Source: Candidatus Marinacidobacterium sp.
Lineage (GTDB): Bacteria > Acidobacteriota > Vicinamibacteria > Marinacidobacterales > Marinacidobacteraceae
Assembly: GCA_965204755.1 (NCBI GenBank)
Contig: OZ242011.1
Coordinates: forward strand, 2,464,001 to 2,528,000
Direction of reading: 5' to 3'
DNA: 64,000 nt
Shown: one piece after another, positions 9,468-19,900 of the stretch
Position numbering within the stretch: the stretch's first letter is position 1
How the letters are laid out: each line of letters opens with the position of its first letter
The notes under the pieces: model-generated
Database searches by the model: none
Told to the model about the DNA's origin: nothing
Seen by the model: the letters and a program-made list of their open reading frames with translations, nothing else
Position numbers and translations under genes: made by a program

Positions 9468-10155
9468 GCGACCTGACCTCGGCGGCGCGGTCTCCGTCCC
9501 CGGGCGCCGCGCCTCCTCCGGCAGCGGAAAGCGGCGCCGCGGCCGAGCCCGGCCTCGCGGACCTGCTCAAGGAAGCCACCGCGGAAGACCATCGAGCGGC
9601 CGAGGGGCACCCGCTCCAGCAGTCGCTCGTGAACGGAACCGTGTCCCGCGAGAGTTTCGTCGCCTTCCAGGGCCGGGTGCTCCGGCTCCTCCGGGAGTTG
9701 GCGCCGCGCCTCGCCGGCGAAGGAGAGGACTGGGCGCCTTCCGCGCCGCGCTCTCCGGGCACGAGGCGCGCTTGGCCGCCGACCTCGAAGGCCTCGGCCG
9801 GTCGTCGAACGGCGTTCGGCCCCCGGCGCCGAGCGCCGCGCTCGACGAGTTCTTCCGCGCTCTCGACGAAGGGCCGATGCCGGAGGGCGCCCTCGGCGCG
9901 TTCTATGTGATCGAGGGCTCGATGAACGGCAACCGGTTCATCCGCCGCGCCTTGGCCGGCCGCCGCCCCGAGTGGGCGGAGTACCTGACCTACTTCGACC
10001 CGTACGGCGAGGAGCAGCGCGAGCGGTGGATGGGCTTTCGCGAGGCGATCAGCCGGGTCGGCGCGACGCTCGATTCCCCGGCGCCGGCCCTCTCGGCGGC
10101 GCGGGCCACCTTCCGGCTCATCGGCCAACTGGCCGACGAGTCCTCCTCCGCGTAG
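9464..10155 (+). pseudogene. Biliverdin-producing heme oxygenase family protein, split by a 1-nt frameshift near 9735
   Basis: First frame has LKEATAEDHRAAE (proximal His); second frame has FRAALSGHEARLAADL...GAFYVIEGSMNGNRFI (distal helix) and YFDPYG. Confidence 0.8.
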
Positions 10156-10251
10156 CCCTCCGGCTGCCGGGCGCGCCCCGGCGGACGGGCGCTCGCTCCG
10201 CGGCGCGCCCGCCCCCGAAACCACGCCGGGAGGGCGCCCCGGCCGCGTCTT

Positions 10252-11574
10252 CTACAGGTAGTCGGCCTGGTGGGCGGCGATGTGGCGGACGGCTTCGATC
10301 AGCCGATCCACCTCCGCGGGCAGGTTGTAGAAGTGGACCGACGAGCGAACCGCCGCCAGGTCCGGCTTCTCCACGGTGCGGATGAAGATTCCGGCGCGCT
10401 CCATCACCCCGTCCACGATGTTCTTCACCGGGACTTCCCCGATGCTGAAGGTCGTGAGCCCGGCGGACATCCGCGGATCGGTCGGCGTGTAGAGGGTCAC
10501 CCCGGAGGTCTCGGCGAGCGCCTCGCGCAGCGGATCGTTCAACTCCCGGATCCGCGTCTCGATGTTCCCTTGGCCGACCGTCTGCTGCAACTCCACCGCG
10601 GCGCCCATCGCCAGCGCTGACGGCGCGTTCCGCTGGCCGCCGAAGTCGTAGATCCGGGCGCCCTTCTGGTAGTCGCCTTCGTCCTCCTCGGGAACCCAGC
10701 AGTCCGGCCAGATCCGGTCCTGGAGGTCGGAGCGGACATAGGCCATCCCGGTGCCCGTGCCGGCGAGCAGCCACTTCTGCCCCGCGCCGGCGTAGTGGTC
10801 GCACCCCATCTCGCGGAGGTCCACCGGCACCATCCCCACCGGATGGGCGCCGTCCACGGAACTGAGGATCCCGCGCTCCCGGGCGAGGGAACAGAGTTCA
10901 GTCGCCGGCATCATGAGCCCCGTCGGGTAGAGGGCGTGGCTGACCACCAGCGCCCGCGTCCGCTCGGTCATGGCCGCCCGGTAGAGGTCGAGGATCTGCT
11001 CGGGGCTCTCCGGCGGCCAGGGCATCTCGACCCAGCGGATCACGATGCCGCGGCGCTTTTCCAGCGCCCGGTAGATCTGGATCGGCCAGGGGTGCTCGTG
11101 GGGGTTCATGAGCACCTCGTCGCCCTCGCGCCAGTCGAGGCCGTGGGCGAAGACCCGCATCCCCTCGGTCGTGTTCCGGGTGAGCGTGATCTCGCCGGGA
11201 TCGGCGGACAGGAACTCGGCGAGCCGATCGCGCACCCCTTCCCGATCCCGGAACCGGTAGCCGTTGCGCGGATCCTCGGAGACCTCGCGGGCGACGCGCT
11301 CCAGGGTGTCCAGCACGACGCGGGGCGAGGGGCCGAGCGTCCCGTTGTTCATGAAGGTCATGCCGTCGAGCAGGTTGAACTGCCCGCGCACCTTCCACCA
11401 GTACGCCTCGTCCGGCGCGCCGCTCGGCGCCAGGTCGGCCAGCGCCCCGGCGACCGACGGGTTCGGTTCGGCGGCGGCGGCGCCGCGGGGAACCGCCAGT
11501 CCGGCGGCTGCGGCGGAGGAAGCGGCCAGGAAGCCGCGGCGGCTGAATCCGGTTCCGGTTTCCGGGTGGGGCAT
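10252..11574 (-). CDS. Tat-exported class V PLP aminotransferase (isopenicillin N epimerase / cysteine desulfurase-like)
   Basis: SRRGFL twin-arginine signal; MNNGTLGPSP, TRNTTEG, VDGAH, GQKWL (PLP Lys). Confidence 0.9.
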   Translation of the reverse strand: MPHPETGTGFSRRGFLAASSAAAAGLAVPRGAAAAEPNPSVAGALADLAPSGAPDEAYWWKVRGQFNLLDGMTFMNNGTLGPSPRVVLDTLERVAREVSEDPRNGYRFRDREGVRDRLAEFLSADPGEITLTRNTTEGMRVFAHGLDWREGDEVLMNPHEHPWPIQIYRALEKRRGIVIRWVEMPWPPESPEQILDLYRAAMTERTRALVVSHALYPTGLMMPATELCSLARERGILSSVDGAHPVGMVPVDLREMGCDHYAGAGQKWLLAGTGTGMAYVRSDLQDRIWPDCWVPEEDEGDYQKGARIYDFGGQRNAPSALAMGAAVELQQTVGQGNIETRIRELNDPLREALAETSGVTLYTPTDPRMSAGLTTFSIGEVPVKNIVDGVMERAGIFIRTVEKPDLAAVRSSVHFYNLPAEVDRLIEAVRHIAAHQADYL

Positions 11575-11685
11575 GGGGGGCTCCTTCCCGCCCGGCTCGG
11601 CCGCCGGACAGGGGATTGGACGCTACCCGCCCGCCCGCCTCCCGGTCAACCGCCCGGCGCGGCGGCCGCCGATCCCCGGGGGCCG

Positions 11686-12294
11686 TCAGCGCTGGATTTC
11701 GACCTCGGCGGCCTCGCCCAGTCCGAGATAGAGCCGGGTTCGCAGGATGCGCCCCTCGCGGAGCCGGAAGAACACCGCTCCCGGCACGGTCCAGCGCTTC
11801 CCGTCGTCCGTCCGGGTGCCGGCCACCGTGAACTCGGCGGCGACCAGCGGGCCGCCCCAAGGACCCGGACGGCTCGGCCAGACCGCCTCCGAAGTCTCCC
11901 GCGCCGTCGCGACCACCGGCCGCAGCGCGAAGTCCTTCCACTCCGCCAGCAGCCGCTCGAGCATCGAGGCGATCTTCTCCCGCCCCCAGTAGGTGGCGGT
12001 GCCGCGCTGGTGGCCGCCCGCCGGCCCCTGGATGTGGAGGGCGTCTTCCTCGTAGAGGGCGAGGAACTCCTCCCGGCTCTCCGGCGTCCCGTCGAGGTCG
12101 GAGGCCAGCAGGAACCACCGCTCCACCAGCGATTCGGCGCTCGCCTCGCCGGTCTCCGACGGCTCCTGGCGGGCGGCGGGCGCGGGCTCCCGGAACGCCG
12201 GAGCGGCGGCGCCGAGGGTCGCTCCGAGCCCCGAGGCGAAGAGTCCCGCCGCGACGGCCCAGGTCTTCCGGCGCGAACCGGCTTCCGCGAGCAT
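11686..12294 (-). CDS. Secreted NTF2/SnoaL-like domain protein
   Basis: Signal-like N-terminus; FLALYEEDA and terminal GAVFFRLREGRILRTRLY typical of the NTF2 fold; start reassigned to ATG 12294. Confidence 0.65.
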   Translation of the reverse strand: MLAEAGSRRKTWAVAAGLFASGLGATLGAAAPAFREPAPAARQEPSETGEASAESLVERWFLLASDLDGTPESREEFLALYEEDALHIQGPAGGHQRGTATYWGREKIASMLERLLAEWKDFALRPVVATARETSEAVWPSRPGPWGGPLVAAEFTVAGTRTDDGKRWTVPGAVFFRLREGRILRTRLYLGLGEAAEVEIQR

Positions 12295-12454
12295 CTCGGC
12301 CCGGATTATCCCGTTCCCGTCAGCCGCCCCCGGCGAGATCGCCTCGCGGGGCGGCCGCCGGCCGGGGCCGTATCCTCTATCTCCGTCCTCGCCGGCCGCG
12401 GCGCCGGCCGCGAACCGCAAGCCGTCCCCATCGCTCCCGTCCCGTTCCCGCGCC

Positions 12455-13552
12455 GTGAAGAACCCGCTCCGCTCCCGTTGGTTCTCCCGGTTCCTCCTCC
12501 CCGGGTTCTGCTTCCAGTCCATGATCATCGCCGGCGGGTACGGCACCGGGCGGGAACTGGTCGAGTTCTTCACCACCAAAGGAGTCCTCGGGGGGCTGAT
12601 GGGCATGACCCTGGTGACCATGCCGCTCTGGTCGCTCCTCTCCGCGATCGCCTTCGAGACCGCTCGGCGGGCGAAGGCCTTCGACTACCGCAGTTTCTCC
12701 CGCCAACTGCTGGGGCGCGCCGACTGGCTCTACGAGGTCGTCTATGTGGCGGCGATGCTGGTGGTCGTCTCGGTGGTGGCGGCGGCCGGCGGCGAGATCG
12801 TCTCCCGCTCGCTCGGCCTTCCCTACGCCGTCGGCGTGCTCGCCATCCTGGGCGCCGTCGGCTGGTTGGTTTACCGGGGCACCTCCACGGTGGAGCGGTT
12901 CCTCTCGTTCTGGTCACTCGCGCTCTACGCGGTGTACCTGGCCCTGCTGGTCGCCGCCTTCCGCGCCTTCGGCCCGGAGATCTCGGAGGCGGTCCGCGCC
13001 GGAACCGCCACCTCCGACTGGGCCCTGGGCGGCGCGGAGTACATGGCTTACAACATCGGCACCCTCCCGGCGGTCCTCTTCTGCGCCCGGCACCTGGAGA
13101 GCCGGCGCGACGCGCTGGTCGCCGGCGCCTTCGCCGGCTTCATCGGTATCTTCCCGGCCGTGCTGTTCTTCGTGGCGATCTCCGGTTTCTCGGCGGAAGT
13201 CCTGACCGAAGCGGTGCCGTCGGTCTATCTGCTCGAACGGATCGGCTCCCCGCTGCTCGCCTTCGCGTTCCAGATCGTCCTGTTCGCCACCCTGATCGAG
13301 ACCGCCACCAGCCTGATCCACGCCGTGAACGAGCGCGTCGCCCGCGCCCTCGAAGAGCGCCGCCGCGCGCTCCCCGCCGGCTGGCGCCCGGCCGTCTCGA
13401 CCGCGGCGCTCCTGCTTGCGGTCCTCCTCGCGCAGGCGGGCTTGGGGCCGCTGATCGGCATCGGCTACCGGATCCTCACCTACGGCTTCTGGCTGGTCTT
13501 CGTCCTGCCGCTGCTGTTCGTCGGCCTGCCCCGCCTCCTCCGCGCTCGTTGA
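12455..13552 (+). CDS. YkvI-family multi-pass membrane protein
   Basis: IIAGGYGTGRELVEFF signature; about 10 TM segments. Confidence 0.85.
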   Translation: MKNPLRSRWFSRFLLPGFCFQSMIIAGGYGTGRELVEFFTTKGVLGGLMGMTLVTMPLWSLLSAIAFETARRAKAFDYRSFSRQLLGRADWLYEVVYVAAMLVVVSVVAAAGGEIVSRSLGLPYAVGVLAILGAVGWLVYRGTSTVERFLSFWSLALYAVYLALLVAAFRAFGPEISEAVRAGTATSDWALGGAEYMAYNIGTLPAVLFCARHLESRRDALVAGAFAGFIGIFPAVLFFVAISGFSAEVLTEAVPSVYLLERIGSPLLAFAFQIVLFATLIETATSLIHAVNERVARALEERRRALPAGWRPAVSTAALLLAVLLAQAGLGPLIGIGYRILTYGFWLVFVLPLLFVGLPRLLRAR

Positions 13553-13637
13553 GCCCGCCCTCCCGGCCTCGCCGGCCGGTTGCTCCGTTCCCCGAACGAA
13601 CCATCGCCCCGTTCTTCCGAAACAAGGAGTCCCTCCG

Positions 13638-14312
13638 ATGAATCACCCGAAGTCCCTCCTCCCGGCCCTCGCCGTCCTCGGCCTGCTCGCCGCCGTCTCG
13701 GCGCCGCTCGCCTCCACGCCCCCGGAGACCGCGGCCGCCCAGCCGGAGATGACCTTTTTCCTGACCAGCCGCGGCCCCGGTGACGGCGCGAACCTGGGCG
13801 GGCTCGAAGGCGCGGACGCCCACTGCGCCGCGCTCGCCGCCGAGGCCGGCGCGGCCTCCGGCCTGGTCTGGCGCGCCTATCTCGGCGCCTCCGGCATGGA
13901 TCCCCGCGACCGCATCGGCGCCGGCCCCTGGCACAACGCGAACGGCGTGATGGTCGCGGCCGATGTCGCCTCCCTCCACGACGGCAGCGACGCGCTCAGC
14001 AAGGAGAACTCGATCTCCGAGAAGGGCGAGGTGATCAGCGGCCGCGGCGACGAAGTGAACCGGCACGACATCCTGACCGGCGCTTCCGAAGACGGAAGCG
14101 TGTTCATGGACGGCGGCGACGCGATCACCTGCTCCGACTGGAGCAGCAACGCCCCGGACGGCAGCGCCCGGGTGGGGCACCACGACCGGATCGGCGGCGG
14201 CGACAACGGCCCGTCCTGGAATTCGGCCCACAACTCCCGCGGCTGCGGCCAGGAGGACCTCCGGGGCACCGGCGGGGACGGCCTGTTCTACTGCTTCGCC
14301 CACCGCCCCTGA
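13638..14312 (+). CDS. Secreted endostatin/C-type lectin-like domain protein
   Basis: RBS AAGGAG; signal peptide; FFLTS...NLGGLEGADAHC, WRAYL, HDILTG, CSDW, GLFYCFA. Confidence 0.8.
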   Translation: MNHPKSLLPALAVLGLLAAVSAPLASTPPETAAAQPEMTFFLTSRGPGDGANLGGLEGADAHCAALAAEAGAASGLVWRAYLGASGMDPRDRIGAGPWHNANGVMVAADVASLHDGSDALSKENSISEKGEVISGRGDEVNRHDILTGASEDGSVFMDGGDAITCSDWSSNAPDGSARVGHHDRIGGGDNGPSWNSAHNSRGCGQEDLRGTGGDGLFYCFAHRP

Positions 14313-14448
14313 GCCGGCCTCCGGGCGGCTGACACCCCCCGGCCCGGCGCCGACCCGGTCGTCGGTTCCCGGAGGTCCCCTGCGGCCGGCCGGGCGCCCC
14401 GCCGCCCGTTGTGCGGCGGGTCTCCCGGCGCGATGATCCCGGACGCCG

Positions 14449-15738
14449 TTGCCCCTCCTCGCCCCGCCCGCGGCCTCCGCCGCCCAGCCGATCCTCGAAG
14501 TCTTCCAGGAGATGGGGCGCAGCCTCGAGATCGGCCGCACCGCGGACACCGTTCTCGCCGGGATTCGACCCCTGTTCCCCGGCGCCGACCGCGTATCCCT
14601 CACCGTCCTGGCGCTCGACGGCGCGAGCGTCGTCTGCCGGCGCGCGCGGGGCCGGGATGCCGAGTCGGCGCCCGACTGCGCGCCGGGCGAGCCGCTGCCT
14701 CCTCCGGCGGACGGCGCCGCCCATCCGTCCGTCGGCCTGACCCGCCGAGTCCTCGACTCGGGCCGCGCGGAACTGCTGGCCTCGCTGCCGCCACCGGTTC
14801 CGGGCGCCGACCTCGGCGCCGGCACGGCCTCCGCGGTCGCCGCGCCGGTGCTCGGCGCGGGCGGCCGCCGACTCGGCGCCCTCGTGGTCGAGGCGCCGGA
14901 ACCGCATGCGTTCGACTCCGGGAGCCGCCGCGCGCTGCGCACCTACGCCGCCGGCGCGGCGACCGCCCTCGAACGCGTCCTGTTCTACGAGAAGGCCGTC
15001 GAGGGACACCGACTCGTCTCCGAACTCGAAGTCGCCGGCAAGGTGCTCGAGGGCTTGCTCCCGCACCACACCCCCCGGCTCGACGGCTTCGACATCGCCG
15101 CGGTCTATGAGCCGTGCTCCCAGGTCGGCGGCGACTACTACGACTTCGTGCCGCTGGGGGAAGACCGCTGGGGCATCGCCATGGGCGATGTGGCCGGGAA
15201 GGGAATCCCGGCGGCGCTCCTGGTCGCCGCGCTCCGCGCCTCGATCTTCTCGCTGGCGCATTCCAGCCTCGCGCTCCGCGCCATCCTGGCCCGCACGAAC
15301 CGGCTGATCTACGAGTCGGTGGGCGAAAGCCGTTACGCCACGCTCTTCTACGGCGTCCTCGATGTCCCCCTGCGCCGCATCGTGTACATCAACGCCGGCC
15401 ACGCCCCGCCGATCCTCGCCCGCGCGAACGGCGAGATCGAGATGATCCACGCCGGCAGCCTCCCCGTGGGCCTCTTCCCCGCGCCGCGCTACTTCGAACA
15501 GCACCTCCAGTTCGAGGCGGGAGACCTGCTCTGCCTCTACACGGACGGCGTCACCGAGTCCGCCGACCGCTCCGGCGACCTCTTCGGCCGAGAGCGTCTC
15601 GCGGACCTGCTGGTAAGCGAACGCGACCGCGGCGCCCAAGCCGCCGAGATCACCGACCAGGTCCTCCGCGCCGCCCGCCGCTTCCGCGGAGGCGCCCCCG
15701 ACGACGACACGACCGCGCTGGTCCTCCGGGCCCTCTGA
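14449..15738 (+). CDS. GAF + SpoIIE/PP2C serine phosphatase (RsbU-like)
   Basis: VGGDYYDF, MGDVAGKG, NAGH, LYTDGVTE, DDTT motifs preceded by a GAF domain. Confidence 0.92.
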   Translation: MPLLAPPAASAAQPILEVFQEMGRSLEIGRTADTVLAGIRPLFPGADRVSLTVLALDGASVVCRRARGRDAESAPDCAPGEPLPPPADGAAHPSVGLTRRVLDSGRAELLASLPPPVPGADLGAGTASAVAAPVLGAGGRRLGALVVEAPEPHAFDSGSRRALRTYAAGAATALERVLFYEKAVEGHRLVSELEVAGKVLEGLLPHHTPRLDGFDIAAVYEPCSQVGGDYYDFVPLGEDRWGIAMGDVAGKGIPAALLVAALRASIFSLAHSSLALRAILARTNRLIYESVGESRYATLFYGVLDVPLRRIVYINAGHAPPILARANGEIEMIHAGSLPVGLFPAPRYFEQHLQFEAGDLLCLYTDGVTESADRSGDLFGRERLADLLVSERDRGAQAAEITDQVLRAARRFRGGAPDDDTTALVLRAL

Positions 15739-15772
15739 TCCTCGCATCGGCCCGATCCTCTCCACCGGTTCG

Positions 15773-16435
15773 ATGAGCATCGAAAGCCGCTTCGACATCC
15801 CGTTCGTCGCCGCGATGGCCCTGCGGGAAAAACAGGTGCAGCAGAACTACCGCCCGGTGATCGCCGTCCACAAGTGGTTCGCGCGAAGACCCGGCAGCCC
15901 CTTCCGCGCGCATCGGCGCTCCGCTCGCCTTCACCTTCCACCACAACCGACTCGAGGTGTACGCCGCCATCGGCGTAGCGATCCTGGACGCCGGGTTGAC
16001 CTGCACGGCGGCGTTCCCGTGTCCGGCGGAGATGAGCGGTTCCATCCACATCCGGGGAACCCGCTCATCCATTCCGGACACCGTATTCGTCTGTCGCGAG
16101 CCGAGTGTCACCGGCGCCGCGAAGGCGTCGAAGAGCGCCGCCGAAGTCGAGAAGGCGGTCGCGGCCGGTCTCGGGGCCCTGGCCGCCGCCGGGCTCCGCC
16201 CGACGACGGGCGACATTCGCTGCCTCACCTTCGGCCACCTGACCGCTGCCGTCGCTCCTCGCCTGATCCACGATTGGGATACCCGGCTCGATTGCGGCGG
16301 CAAATTGGCTCGCGTCGAGACCGAAGCGCGAGTCTTCGGAGACCCTGAGAGCGTGGCGCGGACCTCGGCTGCCGCCTTCGAGGAACTCTCCGCAGAGCCC
16401 TGCCTTCCGTCCCTGTTCCACCGGAGCGCCGCCGA
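15773..16435 (+). pseudogene. Internally deleted adenine-specific DNA methylase (DUF1156-like N-terminus)
   Basis: N-terminal REKQVQQNYRPVIAVHKWFARRPGS joined out of frame near 15910 to C-terminal PLAFTFHH...CPAEMSGSIHI...DTVFVCR; no SAM-binding or DPPY motif left. Confidence 0.75.
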
Positions 16436-17247
16436 CGGCGTTCGTCGTGCTTCGCGCGATTCTCGGGTTCAGCCCGTCGGAATGGGCCGAGGCCACGGCG
16501 CGGCGCGCGGGCGCCCCTTGTGTCACTCAACAGTTCGCACGCAGTCCGGATCGGCGGATTCGCCTCATGCCTTTTCAGCCAGTACTCGGCCGAAGCGAAA
16601 CTGCCGGCGCGCGCTTACGAATATTCGCCGAAACGGCGTGCGATCTGGTGACTGCCGGCGCTCCCCCGGCGAGCGATGTCCTGGTTCACCGGCTGGAGAA
16701 GGCGGACACCGGGAGCGGTGTTGCCGGAATCCAGCGGTTGGCGCAACTCGGGTATCCGTACGCGGTCTTGTTGTATGAACGATTCCTAGGGCGTCCCTTC
16801 GCCAGTCATCGAGATTCCGTTTCCGAACTCGTCGGCGATGTCCTGGAAACTGCCGTCGAGAGGGTTCTCGCGAACGCCGGCGTCAGTTTTCGCAAGACGG
16901 CTCGGGCAGGGCGGATTCCCGGTTTCGACCAGGCGCCGGACTTCGTCGCGCCGAGCGAGTTCGAACCGCGCGTCGCGATCGAAGCCAAAATCGCGGAAGA
17001 CGACGGAACGGCGCGCGACAAGGTGACTCGGGTGCAGCACTTGGCAAGCCTCGCTCGCGCTCAAGCCGCACCGGGCGGGCCCGGGCGCTTCCAGGTCGTG
17101 GCCGTGATCGGAGGGCGGGGGTCTCGGACCCGGCGGAAGGACCTGAGGAAGCCCCTCCTCGCCACCGAGGGCAAGGTCTTCACCCTGCGCCGGTTGCACC
17201 TCTTGGTGGGGAGCACCGGCTTCGCCGAGTTCGCGGCGGCGCCCTGA
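16436..17247 (+). pseudogene. N-terminally truncated PD-(D/E)xK restriction endonuclease
   Basis: HRDSVSELVGDVLE...QAPDF...IEAKIAEDDGTARDKV; frame begins abruptly at AFVVLRAILGFSPSEW with no RBS, directly behind the methylase remnant. Confidence 0.65.
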
Positions 17248-17288
17248 GATCTCCCGGTCGCCGATCGCGCCTGTCGCCGGCGCGCCGG

Positions 17289-18149
17289 TCAGTCCGAAAA
17301 ACGGCGGAGGAACCGGGTGGTGCGCTCCACCATCTCGTCGAAACTCGCCGCCAGGAAGTAGTAAGGCTGGTACATCGTCGGGTCGTACTCCGTCGCCGCG
17401 GTCGCCTCGGCGGTGTATGGCCGGAGTTCAGCAGTCGCGAAGCGGTCGATCTCGCCGACCGAGGAGAGGATGCCCGCCCCGTAGGCCTTGACCTCGCCGT
17501 CTTCGAGCGCGGCGCCGAACTCCAGGGTGAACCAGTAGGTCCGGGCGATCCGTTCGACTTCCTCGTCGCTCGCCGCCTTCGCGGCGCGGCCGAAGTGGGC
17601 GCTGAGGTCCGCGTAGCCCGGGTGGGCGAACGACGCGGCGTGTCCGACCAGTTCGTGGATCACATCCGGTTCCGGCGTGTAGAGCGGCCGACTGTGGTGC
17701 CGGATGTACTGGGTGGAGAGGAACACCCGGTCGGCGAGGCAAGCGAGGAACGCGCGCGGGGTGACCAGGCCGGCCACCGGCAGCATCCGGAAGCCGGTCG
17801 CCGGGCGGATGCTCCGGTTGACTTCCTCCAACTGGGGAATGCGGTTGCGTTCGAGCGCCACCGCCTCGGCGCATTCCCGGTATTCGGCGCAGGCCCGCTC
17901 CCGGTGACGCGGGTCGAGCAGGGCGTTCACCTCCCGCCAGACCGCCTGCTCTTCCTCGGTGTAGGCGACTTCGGGAACGGGGTCGCCCGGCGAGTAGTCG
18001 AACGCCAGCCGGGCGATCGTGTTTCGGCGCGCCCGGTAGTCCGCGTCGCGGAACCCGGGATGGTCCGGGTCGAGCGGGACGAGTTCCGGCGCCTTCGCCT
18101 CCGGCGGCGCCGGCCTCGGCGGGCCTTGGAGGACGGCGCTTTCCGGCAT
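17289..18149 (-). CDS. phhA: Phenylalanine 4-monooxygenase
   Basis: DHPGF.D..YR.RR, STQYIRH, YTPEPDVIHELVGH, YWFTLEFG, KAYGAGILSS. Confidence 0.95.
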   Translation of the reverse strand: MPESAVLQGPPRPAPPEAKAPELVPLDPDHPGFRDADYRARRNTIARLAFDYSPGDPVPEVAYTEEEQAVWREVNALLDPRHRERACAEYRECAEAVALERNRIPQLEEVNRSIRPATGFRMLPVAGLVTPRAFLACLADRVFLSTQYIRHHSRPLYTPEPDVIHELVGHAASFAHPGYADLSAHFGRAAKAASDEEVERIARTYWFTLEFGAALEDGEVKAYGAGILSSVGEIDRFATAELRPYTAEATAATEYDPTMYQPYYFLAASFDEMVERTTRFLRRFSD

Positions 18150-18216
18150 GGCGGCGCGGGAGTCTATCGGGGGCCGGAGGGCCGCCGCCGACGGGATTCG
18201 GCTTCGGCGCGTCCGC

Positions 18217-19623
18217 TTACAGGAGTCCCGCCGCGAGGAACGCCGCGACTGCCGCCCCGCCGCCCAGCAGCGCGTACGGCAACTGCGTGTTCACATGATC
18301 CACCAGGTCCGAACCGGAGGCCATGGAAGCGATGATCGTGGTGTCCGAGATCGGCGAGCAGTGGTCGCCGAAGATGCCGCCGGAGAGGACCGCGCCGACC
18401 ACCAGCGGCGCGTCCAGCCCCAGCACCGCCACCGACGGCATCGCCAGCGGCAGCATGATGGCGAAAGTGCCCCACGAAGTGCCGGTGGAGAAGGCCATCG
18501 CCGCCGCCGCGCCGAAGAACACCGCCGGCGCGGCCCAGGCCGGGAGCGCCCCCTCCGCCAGCCCGGCGAGGAACACTCCGGTCCCGAGGTCCCGCGCCAC
18601 CCCGGAGATGGCGAAGGCGAGCAGCAGCACGGTGACCACCGGCACCATCCCGGCAGCGCCGCGCAGCACCAGGTCCACGCTCTCGGAGAGGCCGACGGCG
18701 CGCTGCGCCAGCCCGAGCGCCACGGCGCACGCGGTGGCGGCGAGCACCGCCCAGAGCACCGAGACGCCGCCGCTTCCGGCGAGCAGGTCCCCGTCGCCGG
18801 TCACGAACAGGCCGACGAAGATCATGGCGAGCATCACCGCCAGCGGGATCGCCAAGTTTCGCGCCCGGTGGGCGGTCCCCGCCGCCGGCTCGGTGGCGAG
18901 GACTTCGTCCGCGACCAGCGGGCGGGCGCCCTCGCGGAGCACCTGTCCGGTCTCCCGCGCCCGCCGTTGCGCCCGCGCCATCGGACCGAAGTCGCGTCCG
19001 GAGAGCCCGAACCAGAACGCCAGGCCGAGCGCGGCCAGCGCGTAGAAGTTGAAGGGGATGCTCCCCACCAGCGTCCCCACCGCGCCCTCCACGCCGAGCG
19101 TGCCGAGCACGCCGATCACCAGCGCCCCCCAGCCGTTCATCGGGATCAGGATGCAGACCGGCGCCGAAGTCGAGTCGGTCAGGTACGCCAGTTTCTCGCG
19201 CGACAGCCGGAACCGGTCGAACAGCGGACGCGCCGCCGCGCCGCTCACCAGGCAGGTGATCGAAGACTCCACGAAGATCCCGAGCCCCAGGATCAACGCC
19301 AGCGCCTGGGCCCCCCGGGCGCTCCGCACCAGTCCCTTCCCGGTCACCCAGTTCACGAAGCCGCGGACCCCTCCGGTCCGCCCGGCGAGCGCCAGCACGG
19401 CGCCCACCAGCGTGCTGAACAGCAGGATCTCCGCGTTTCCGGAGAACGCGCCGGTGATCCGCGTGACCGAGGCGGCGAGCGCGGAAAAGGGCCGGCCGCC
19501 GGCGAGGACGAGTTCGCCGAGCACCACCCCGGCGAGCAGCGCGAGCACCGCCTGCCGCGTGGCGAGCGCGACCAGGATCGCCAGCACCGGGGGGACGATG
19601 CTGAGCAGGCCGGGATCTTCCAT
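18217..19623 (-). CDS. Na+/H+ antiporter NhaC-family transporter
   Basis: SREKLAYLTDSTSAP, FSTGTSWGTF, GGIFGDHCSPISDTT, HVNTQLPYA. Confidence 0.9.
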   Translation of the reverse strand: MEDPGLLSIVPPVLAILVALATRQAVLALLAGVVLGELVLAGGRPFSALAASVTRITGAFSGNAEILLFSTLVGAVLALAGRTGGVRGFVNWVTGKGLVRSARGAQALALILGLGIFVESSITCLVSGAAARPLFDRFRLSREKLAYLTDSTSAPVCILIPMNGWGALVIGVLGTLGVEGAVGTLVGSIPFNFYALAALGLAFWFGLSGRDFGPMARAQRRARETGQVLREGARPLVADEVLATEPAAGTAHRARNLAIPLAVMLAMIFVGLFVTGDGDLLAGSGGVSVLWAVLAATACAVALGLAQRAVGLSESVDLVLRGAAGMVPVVTVLLLAFAISGVARDLGTGVFLAGLAEGALPAWAAPAVFFGAAAAMAFSTGTSWGTFAIMLPLAMPSVAVLGLDAPLVVGAVLSGGIFGDHCSPISDTTIIASMASGSDLVDHVNTQLPYALLGGGAAVAAFLAAGLL

Positions 19624-19900
19624 GAGGGTCTTGGCGCCGCGTCTTCACCGGGGCCTCGGCGTCGCTCCGGTGTTCGCCGGCTTTCTCCGGGCGCGGGCGG
19701 CGGCGCGTATGAAACCACAGCGCCGCCCGGCGGTACACTCCGCCGCGATCTCCCTCCCGGCGCGCCGCGCTCCCGCGCCGCGCTCCCGAAAGTGCGAACG
19801 GCGGCCCCAGGACCGCCGGTGATCCCCGGTTTCCGGTCGCGCGCCGGTCGGCGGAACCACGCGGAGCGGAGAACCGCCACGAACACCCCCCGGAACTCGC

